Below, piece after piece: positions 1 through 5,842 of a stretch of DNA of 44,257 nt. A program made the position numbers and the translations under genes. The stretch's first letter is position 1; each line of letters opens with the position of its first letter. Source of the stretch: Elusimicrobiota bacterium. GTDB lineage: Bacteria; Elusimicrobiota; Elusimicrobia; UBA1565; UBA9628. The notes below the pieces were generated by a model that saw only the letters and a list, made by a program, of their open reading frames with translations, had not been told where the DNA came from and did not search any database. The stretch lies in assembly GCA_041662295.1 (NCBI GenBank), contig JBAZSR010000003.1, positions 13,470-57,726 of the forward strand. The letters are read 5' to 3'.

Positions 1-1654
1 CGTCGATCTTCGGGGTCGCGGACCAGGCCAGGCCGTCGTCCCGCTTAAACTCCAGCGGTTCTCCGACGCGCAGTGAGAGCCCGCGCTCGAGCTCCCGATT
101 GACAGGCATGGGGGAAAGCCGGTCGCCCTGTCGGGGCACTCCGTGGAAGCGGACGACTCCGTCCATGACGAAGTTGACGAGGTGGAAGGGCAGGCTCGCC
201 GCTCCGGGCGCGGGGGTCGCCTGGACCTGGAGATGGAGGTGGGGCTCCAGCGAATACCCGGAATTGCCGCATTCGCCGAGCTTGCGGCCTGCCAGTACGT
301 AGTCTCCGACCGCGACGAGGACGGAGTCCTTGCGCAGGTGGGCGAGGATGGCGCAGACGCCGGAGAGGGAGCGCACGACCACGTAGTTGCCCCAGTTCTT
401 CTGGATCTCGGCCCTGCCGACAGGATTGTCCGGCAGGATCGAACAGACCGCGGCCACGTGGCCGTCGAACGGGGACAGCACGGGGCGGCCGAACGCGTGG
501 TGAGGCTCGAGGCTGCCGCCGTCTCCAGAGAAGGTCTTGCCGTCCTCTCCGAGGACCACGAAGTCGAGGCCGTGCCGCCATTGGCCGGTGTGCGTCAGCG
601 GGCCGTCGAAGCCCTGCTGGACCGCCCAAGTCCCCTCGAAGGGGCAGAACACGCCGACCTCGCTGCCGCCGTGCCGCAGCCGCAGCAGGCGCAGGCGGTC
701 GATGGTCTCCTCGGGCGTGCCGCCGTAGTCCGCGGCCAGGCGTGAGGGCTGGGTGCTGCGCACGCTGCGCAGGGCCAGCAGGACCGTGACGTTGAAGGGC
801 AGGGCCGTGATCGGGATGCGGAAGATCTCCCAGAAGGCCAAGCCCCCGGCCGTGACGAGACCGCCCATCAGGGTGCACGCGGCGGCCAGTCCCGTGGACG
901 AGGCCGACGGCACGAGGAAGACCGCGGCGATGGCGGGGAAGATGAGCGAGTAGTTGAAGAAATGGGGGTCGCTGGTGTTGAGCGGCGTCAGCTGGGTCAG
1001 GCTCTCCGCGAGGCACCCCAGGGAGAAGCCGATGACGGAGAAGGCGGCCATCAGCGGGGAGCGGCACGCGATGGCGGCGAGCAGGATGGCGCCGAAGAGG
1101 GGGTCCGGCATGCACAGGCAGGCGCCGAGCGAGCGCAGGAAATGCGATACGCCGGCCGGCAGGCCAGCGAAGACCGCGGGAGCCAGGTCCGTGAAGTACC
1201 AGGTGGCGTCGGTCAGGTTGGAGAACCGGCGGCCGGCCAGGGCCAGCAGCATGGCGGCCAAGGTGAACGGCACGGAGAGCACGGGCAGGCCCAGCAGGCT
1301 CAAGGCGGACTCGAGGAACAGGGTCAGCAGCAGGGTCAGCCCCGCCGTCAGGCAGATGAGGAGGCCGACCCCCGGCTCGAGCTTGAACAGGTAGCCGGCG
1401 AAGAGGCCGATGAGCAGTGAGTTGTAGAGCACGAACCCGCGGTAGGCCAGTGCCGGCCGGGAGCCCAGCAGCTGGAGCACGACGAAGCCGCTCAGCAGTC
1501 CGAGGAGTCCGGCCGCGCCGACATTCGGGTGGAGGAAGGTCGCGGCGGCCATGACCGCCCCGACCCAGGGGCTGTCGATGAAGAAGATCGCCGAGTAGGC
1601 GCCCGCGAGCGACCGGGCATGGCGGGACCAGGAGCCGTCAGGAGTCGTGTCCAT
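1..1654 (-). CDS. Fusion protein: N-terminal urea-transporter (UT)-like polytopic membrane domain + C-terminal M23 (LytM-type) metallopeptidase domain; C-terminus runs off the window (partial)
   Basis: Absent from the ORF track because no stop lies in the window. Hand translation of the minus strand from ATG 1654 gives MDTTPDGSWSRHARSLAGAYSAIFFIDSPWVGAVMAAATFLHPNVGAAGLLGLLSGFVV...RGFVLYNSLLIGLFAGY..., with UT-like motifs and multiple hydrophobic segments down to ~nt 790. This is followed by ...GPLTHTGQWRHGLDFVV...GNYVVVRS...GECGNSGYSLEPHLHLQVQ (M23 HxxxD and GxSGxSxxPHLH zinc motifs). An in-frame TGA at 1682-1684 makes ATG 1654 the first possible start; it overlaps the upstream gene by 17 nt. 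Listed ORF 45..1115 is the Pro/Arg-rich wrong frame. Confidence 0.8.
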   Translation of the reverse strand, partial: MDTTPDGSWSRHARSLAGAYSAIFFIDSPWVGAVMAAATFLHPNVGAAGLLGLLSGFVVLQLLGSRPALAYRGFVLYNSLLIGLFAGYLFKLEPGVGLLICLTAGLTLLLTLFLESALSLLGLPVLSVPFTLAAMLLALAGRRFSNLTDATWYFTDLAPAVFAGLPAGVSHFLRSLGACLCMPDPLFGAILLAAIACRSPLMAAFSVIGFSLGCLAESLTQLTPLNTSDPHFFNYSLIFPAIAAVFLVPSASSTGLAAACTLMGGLVTAGGLAFWEIFRIPITALPFNVTVLLALRSVRSTQPSRLAADYGGTPEETIDRLRLLRLRHGGSEVGVFCPFEGTWAVQQGFDGPLTHTGQWRHGLDFVVLGEDGKTFSGDGGSLEPHHAFGRPVLSPFDGHVAAVCSILPDNPVGRAEIQKNWGNYVVVRSLSGVCAILAHLRKDSVLVAVGDYVLAGRKLGECGNSGYSLEPHLHLQVQATPAPGAASLPFHLVNFVMDGVVRFHGVPRQGDRLSPMPVNRELERGLSLRVGEPLEFKRDDGLAWSATPKID

Positions 1655-2966
1655 GGCGGGGGAGGTCGGACTCGAGGGCCGTCACGTCCGAGAGGGTCTC
1701 GGCGCGGCGGATGACGAAAGGCTTGCCGGACTCGCGGATCATGACCACCGCGGGCCGGTACTGGATGAACTGCATCCACTGCGCGACGTTGTAGGCTCCG
1801 ACCGGGGAGAGGATCAGGGACTGCCCGCGGGAGAGCCGCGGCAGGAGGATCGCCTCGTCGACCACGTCGATGTTCATGCAGAGGGGCCCGAGCAGGATGG
1901 AGGGCTCCATGACGCCGCCCGTCTCGCGGTCGAGCTCGATCTTGAACTTGTACCAGGTCGCGGTGTAGAGGAGGTTGACCCCGGCGTCGAGGATGTAGGC
2001 CCTGCGGCCGTCCGGCAGCAGCTTGTCTGCGCAGACTGAGGTGATGAGGAAGCCCGCCTCGTCGACCAGGTGGCGCCCGTTCTCCAGGTAGAGCCGCGGG
2101 GGCGACTTGCGCGAGAGGAGCCACTTGAGCTGGCTGCCCATGGCCGCGGCGTAGGCCTCGACGCCAGGCACCGCGATCTCGGGGGGCTGGTAGACTCCCT
2201 TCAAGTGGCTGCGGCTCGGGATCCCGCCGCCCAGGTCGAGGTACTCGATGGGCTTGCCGGTCAGGCTCTCGGCCGTCCGGATGAAGGCGCTGAGCTTGGC
2301 CGCTGCGCGGCCGTAGGCCGAGGGATCCAGGATGAAGGTGCCGAGGTGGCAGTGAACGCCGGCCAGCTTGAGCGCCTTGCTGTTGATGATCCAGCGCACC
2401 GCGGCCGCGGCCTGGCCGCTCTCCAGGTTGAAGCCGAAGCGCGACCAGACGGGGTAGATGCCCGCGTCAAGGTTGACCCGGATGCCGACCTTGACGCGGA
2501 CCTTGAGCGCCTTGCCCGCGGCTTCGAGGTCCTCGAGCTCGTTGAAGTGGTCGACGTTGATGAGGGCCCCGTCGCGCACCGCGCGCTTCAGCGCCGCCAT
2601 GGGCTTGCAGGGGCCGTTGAAGATGATCTGGTCGCCTGGCACGCCGAGGCCGCGCGCCTTGTCGTATTCGAACGGGCTGACGACCTCGGCCAGGGCGCCC
2701 TCCTGGTGGAAGACGCGGCAGACCGCGGAGAGGTAGTTCGTCTTGTAGCTCCAGCCGAAGCGCACGTTGGGATAGACGCCATGGACCGCGGCGTAGGCCT
2801 GGCGGTACTTCTCTCGCATGACGCGCTCGGAGAAGACGAACAGGGGCGAGCCGAAATCCTTGACGAGGTCCTTCACCGCGGCTCCCTCGACGGACTCGCG
2901 GATGAGCGGATAGCTCTGCGCCGATGAGCCGTGCTTGGCGTAGAGGGGGTTGCCGACGCGCACCAT
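1638..2966 (-). CDS. PLP-dependent decarboxylase, Orn/DAP/Arg decarboxylase family (fold-type III)
   Basis: Distal 442 codons of listed ORF 1638..3263. Start moved to ATG 2966 (MVRVGNPLYAKHG...) because the upstream part is Pro/Arg-rich read-through overlapping the next gene. Family motifs: FGWSYKTNY (PLP-lysine region), LDLGGGIPS (Gly-rich loop), ENGRHLV, GPLCMNIDV. Confidence 0.85.
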   Translation of the reverse strand: MVRVGNPLYAKHGSSAQSYPLIRESVEGAAVKDLVKDFGSPLFVFSERVMREKYRQAYAAVHGVYPNVRFGWSYKTNYLSAVCRVFHQEGALAEVVSPFEYDKARGLGVPGDQIIFNGPCKPMAALKRAVRDGALINVDHFNELEDLEAAGKALKVRVKVGIRVNLDAGIYPVWSRFGFNLESGQAAAAVRWIINSKALKLAGVHCHLGTFILDPSAYGRAAAKLSAFIRTAESLTGKPIEYLDLGGGIPSRSHLKGVYQPPEIAVPGVEAYAAAMGSQLKWLLSRKSPPRLYLENGRHLVDEAGFLITSVCADKLLPDGRRAYILDAGVNLLYTATWYKFKIELDRETGGVMEPSILLGPLCMNIDVVDEAILLPRLSRGQSLILSPVGAYNVAQWMQFIQYRPAVVMIRESGKPFVIRRAETLSDVTALESDLPRHGHDS

Positions 2967-2989
2967 GCTGGGCCTGCTGTAGCGTTCGC

Positions 2990-4036
2990 TCACGCGCCCT
3001 CCCGGTTCCCTTTGGACAGGAGATTCTCGAAGGCCGACAGGTCCGTCACGAACTCCGAGGTCTGCCGCACGCAGAACCTGCCGGCCGCGTACTCGTCCTG
3101 GGCCGAGCAGCGCCCCCCCGCGACGAGCTCGAGGAGCTGGCGGGGGAGGTTCACGCCCGCGCCCGTGGCGAAGTGGACCCAGGCCGGGAAGCGAGGGTTG
3201 ATCTCGATGAGGTAGAGCCCGTCCTTGGCGCGGATGCACTCGAGTTCGAAAGGGCCGCGCCACTTGGTGGCGCGGCAGAAGCGCTCACTGAGGCGCTCGA
3301 GTTCGGGGTCGTGCACCGTGACCGCGGTCCAGACCTTGCCTAGGTGGGTCGTGAGCTGTTTCTTGATGACCACGCGGCCGCGGAGCTTCCCCTTGGCGTC
3401 CGAGAGGCCGATGAGGTTGAGCTCCGGCCCGTGCACGGGTTCCTGGAGCAGGAGCGGGTAGCCCCACTCCGCCGCGATCTCCGTGCCCTTCATGGCCGCG
3501 GCGTCGAGGTTGTGCACGAAGTAGGCCTTGTAGTACTTGCCCTTCACGATGGCCGGCAGGGGGAAGTCGGTCCGGAGCCTGCCGATCAGCTCGTCGATGC
3601 CGTGGACCACCGCGGTCCTCGGGTAGCGGCAGCCGGTCTTCTTCGCGAGGGCCGCCAGGCGATCCTTGCTGCGCAGGTCGAACTGCGCTTCCGTGGGGAG
3701 CAGGGTGCGGATGCCGGCCTTGGCGAGCTCAGCCTGGTGGCGGATGAGCAACGGCAGCTCGACGTCGAGGCAGGGGATCAGCACGTTCATCCCGGTCTTG
3801 GACCGGACCTTGTCGAGGCCGCTGGACAACTCGCTCCAGCCGCGCGTCGGGTAGGGCATGAGGAAGCTGTTCTCGAAGAGGTCGGTCAGATAGTTGCCGG
3901 GGTCGTGAACATCGTAGCTCAAGCCGATGAGCCTGATTCCGGGGAACGCGGCGGCCAGGCCCCGCGCCACGGCCACCCCAGGGCCGGGGTTGTCCGTGGC
4001 ATTGATGCCCGAGACTCCGACGCAGAGGTCCTTCAT
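2990..4036 (-). CDS. ATP-grasp fold carboxylate-amine ligase, substrate unknown
   Basis: Listed ORF 2990..4255 trimmed to ATG 4036 (MKDLCVGVSGINATDNPGPG...), which forms an ATGA overlap with the stop of the PqqD-like gene. PAIVKGKYYKAYFVHN...WGYPLLLQEPVHGPELNLIGL...LYLIEINPRFPAWVHFATGAGVNLP is a typical ATP-grasp signature. Confidence 0.8.
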   Translation of the reverse strand: MKDLCVGVSGINATDNPGPGVAVARGLAAAFPGIRLIGLSYDVHDPGNYLTDLFENSFLMPYPTRGWSELSSGLDKVRSKTGMNVLIPCLDVELPLLIRHQAELAKAGIRTLLPTEAQFDLRSKDRLAALAKKTGCRYPRTAVVHGIDELIGRLRTDFPLPAIVKGKYYKAYFVHNLDAAAMKGTEIAAEWGYPLLLQEPVHGPELNLIGLSDAKGKLRGRVVIKKQLTTHLGKVWTAVTVHDPELERLSERFCRATKWRGPFELECIRAKDGLYLIEINPRFPAWVHFATGAGVNLPRQLLELVAGGRCSAQDEYAAGRFCVRQTSEFVTDLSAFENLLSKGNREGA

Positions 4037-4272
4037 GAATTCGAGCGGATGATGTCGATCTCGGCCTTGAAGACCAGCAGGTCCGTCATGGCGCGGTCCT
4101 GGTCGATGCCGAACTTCTTCGCGACCTCGGCCGCGATCTGCTCGTCCGTCAAACCGCGGCGCAGACGCTCGATGATGGCCTTGGCCGCGGGGTTGAGCTG
4201 GAAGCTCTCCCCGGTCTGCGGGTCGAACGCCATGCCTGTCGCACTGAGGTTCCAATGCTTGATGTCGGCCAT
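4033..4272 (-). CDS. PqqD-like small protein (RiPP-recognition-element type peptide-binding domain), 79 aa
   Basis: C-terminal 79 codons of listed ORF 4033..5013: MADIKHWNLSATGMAFDPQTGESFQLNPAAKAIIERLRRGLTDEQIAAEVAKKFGIDQDRAMTDLLVFKAEIDIIRSNS. The pattern (beta strands, then LN-x-aa-x-i-x-x-L, then a three-helix segment with ...D-x-x-x-F...) matches PqqD family proteins. G-rich SD (GAGGGGGGGAGA) lies 6-7 nt upstream of ATG 4272. Confidence 0.75.
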   Translation of the reverse strand: MADIKHWNLSATGMAFDPQTGESFQLNPAAKAIIERLRRGLTDEQIAAEVAKKFGIDQDRAMTDLLVFKAEIDIIRSNS

Positions 4273-4303
4273 GTCCGGTCTCCCCCCCTCTCGGGGCGGC
4301 CCG

Positions 4304-5065
4304 TCAGCGCCGGCCCCTGCCGCCCCCGCCTCCGCGGCTGTTGCGGGAGCCGGCTCCGCGATTGCCCACTCCCTGGCCGGAATTGCCGCCGCCCCGGTGG
4401 TGGCCGCTGTTCCCCGCCTTTTCCCTCTGGGTGGACCTGTTCTCGGCGCGGTCGCGGACATCCTCCCTGCGGTCGGCCCTGTTCTCAGCGCGGTCTCGGA
4501 CATCCTCTTGCCGGTCCTTCCTGTCCTCTTTCCGGTCGCGGACATCTTCCCTGGCGTCGCGCACGTCCTCGCGCTTGTCGCGGAGCCCGCCGTTGTGCCT
4601 GGCGTCACGGACATCCTCCCGCCTGTCGCGGACGTCTTCCCTGCGGTCGACCTTGTTTTCCGCGCGGTCTCGGACATTTTCGCGGCGGTCGGCCCTGTTC
4701 TCGGCGCGGTCGCGGCGGTCCTCTTTGCGGTCGCGGACGTCCTCCCGCTGGTCGCGGCGCTCCTCTTTCCTGTCGCGGACCCGCTCTCCCGTCCCCTGGG
4801 CGTCGTTCGCCGCGCCCGGTTGGTTGTTGCCGCGGTCCTTGTCGTGGCCGTAGGCGTTGCCGCCGGTCGGGACCGCTGGGGTGGCGCCGCTGCCAGGGAG
4901 GCCCGGGTCAGCCGGGACCGTGCCGGAGCCTGTCTGCTTGTCGGACCCCGCGGCCTTGTCGCTGGCGTTGTCCGACTGCGCTTGTAAAGGAAGGGCCGCG
5001 AATGCCGCCCCAAGAGCGACGATCAAGGCCAGGCCCAGCCAGTTCAGCGCGCGATGATTCTTCAT
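4304..5065 (-). CDS. Secreted, extremely charged heptad-repeat protein (253 aa) with Gly/Arg-rich C-terminus
   Basis: Listed ORF 4304..5152 trimmed to ATG 5065, preceded by GGAGGAGA 8 nt upstream. Sec-type signal peptide MKNHRALNWLGLALIVALGAAFAALPLQAQ|S. Residues 93-213 are ~17 consecutive x-E-(D/N)-(V/R)-(R/A)-D-R heptads (REDVRDR, KEDRRDR, AENRADR...). Tail is ...GHHRGGGNSGQGVGNRGAGSRNSRGGGGGRGRR. Confidence 0.8.
   Translation of the reverse strand: MKNHRALNWLGLALIVALGAAFAALPLQAQSDNASDKAAGSDKQTGSGTVPADPGLPGSGATPAVPTGGNAYGHDKDRGNNQPGAANDAQGTGERVRDRKEERRDQREDVRDRKEDRRDRAENRADRRENVRDRAENKVDRREDVRDRREDVRDARHNGGLRDKREDVRDAREDVRDRKEDRKDRQEDVRDRAENRADRREDVRDRAENRSTQREKAGNSGHHRGGGNSGQGVGNRGAGSRNSRGGGGGRGRR
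4427..4789 (-). repeat. ~17 tandem 21-bp (heptad-coding) repeats inside the secreted-protein gene
   Basis: Periodicity is visible in all translated frames of this stretch (e.g. + strand SRTSSLRS... repeats). One unit is irregular (RHNGGLRDK, 9 residues). Confidence 0.85.
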
Positions 5066-5135
5066 ATTCAGTGTCTCCTCCATCGAGATGTCGTTTGTCA
5101 GGGGCCGGAGCAGCCTCAGTCCCCCTCCACGATAT

Positions 5136-5161
5136 AGACGTAAAGGCCGCATTTTGGTTTA
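5136..5161 (-). promoter_or_regulatory. Putative ECF-type promoter of the repeat-protein/PqqD/ATP-grasp/decarboxylase/M23 operon (TAAACC-N15-CGTCTA)
   Basis: Minus strand reads gTAAACCaaaatgcggctttaCGTCTAta, ~70 nt upstream of ATG 5065. It has the same -35/-10-like words and identical spacing as the motif upstream of the divergent ECF sigma gene. AAC-N16-CGT is the generic ECF promoter architecture. Confidence 0.45.
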
Positions 5162-5231
5162 CTTGGAAAATTGCTTAAAACTGCAATCGATTTTATAGCA
5201 TACGAAAATCGTCCCCGCCAGCGGCATCCAC

Positions 5232-5257
5232 TAAACCTCCGGCATGTCTTCGCGTCT
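5232..5257 (+). promoter_or_regulatory. Putative autoregulated ECF-type promoter of the sigma/anti-sigma pair (TAAACC-N15-CGTCTT)
   Basis: cTAAACCtccggcatgtcttcgCGTCTTaa ends 18 nt before the GTG start at 5276, within the only AT-rich stretch of the region. Confidence 0.45.
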
Positions 5258-5275
5258 TAATGACAGGCAGGCAAC

Positions 5276-5842
5276 GTGAGCGACCACGACTTCGACGCTG
5301 AGATCGTTGAGCGCAGCCGCAAAGGCGATGCCGAGGCTTTTGGGACCCTGGTCGCCCATTATCAGCGCCTGCTGACAGGCGTCGCGTTCGGGGTGGTGGG
5401 AGACCCGGCAATGACTGAGGATCTGGTGCAGGAGGCGTTCATCGCGGCATGGAAGGCCCTTCCAAAATATAGGGGGGACGCCAGCTTCAAGAACTGGCTC
5501 TGCCGCATCCTTCTCAACAAGGCTTATTCCGCGCTGCGGTGGGGCCGCTTGCGCAAGTGGGTCAGCCTTGACGGGCCTGCTGAGACGCCCTGGGCCGAGA
5601 CTCTTCCGGACACGGCCCCGGACGCAAGCCCGGAGGGAGTCCTTCTCAAGGAAGAGCGCTCAGCAGCCGTGCGCAAGGCTGTTGAGGTCCTCCCGCTCCA
5701 GCAGAGGACAGCAGTGGTCCTGCGCGCCAACGGTCTGGACGTGGCCGAGGTGGCGGCGGCAATGGGCGTGGCAGAGGGAACGGTCAAGGCGCACCTGCAT
5801 CACGCGCGCGCCAAGCTCTCTCCGCTGGTGGAAGGGACATGA
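5276..5842 (+). CDS. ECF (group 4) sigma-70 family RNA polymerase sigma factor
   Basis: 188 aa, GTG start. Region 2 (DLVQEAFIAAWKAL...F.NWLCRILLN) and region 4 HTH (LPLQQRTAVVLRANGLDVAEVAAAMGVAEGTVKAHLHHARAKL). Confidence 0.9.
   Translation: MSDHDFDAEIVERSRKGDAEAFGTLVAHYQRLLTGVAFGVVGDPAMTEDLVQEAFIAAWKALPKYRGDASFKNWLCRILLNKAYSALRWGRLRKWVSLDGPAETPWAETLPDTAPDASPEGVLLKEERSAAVRKAVEVLPLQQRTAVVLRANGLDVAEVAAAMGVAEGTVKAHLHHARAKLSPLVEGT

Noticed and set aside
45-1115. 356-aa minus-strand ORF offered by the track for the left end
   Set aside because: Pro/Arg/Gly-rich nonsense. The neighbouring frame on the same strand encodes membrane helices and complete M23 motifs and is the real gene.
4427-4789. 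Short tandem repeats considered as a possible CRISPR array or minisatellite
   Set aside because: Units are 21 bp, contiguous without spacers, in frame and degenerate mainly at synonymous or conservative positions. This is a coding heptad repeat.
3344-5178. Long plus-strand ORFs (3344..4987, 4255..5178, 4341..4853) and the 247-aa N-terminal extension of ORF 4033..5013
   Set aside because: Antisense or out of frame relative to the ATP-grasp, PqqD-like and repeat-protein genes. Their repetitiveness only mirrors the 21-bp repeat, and they lack SD and start context.
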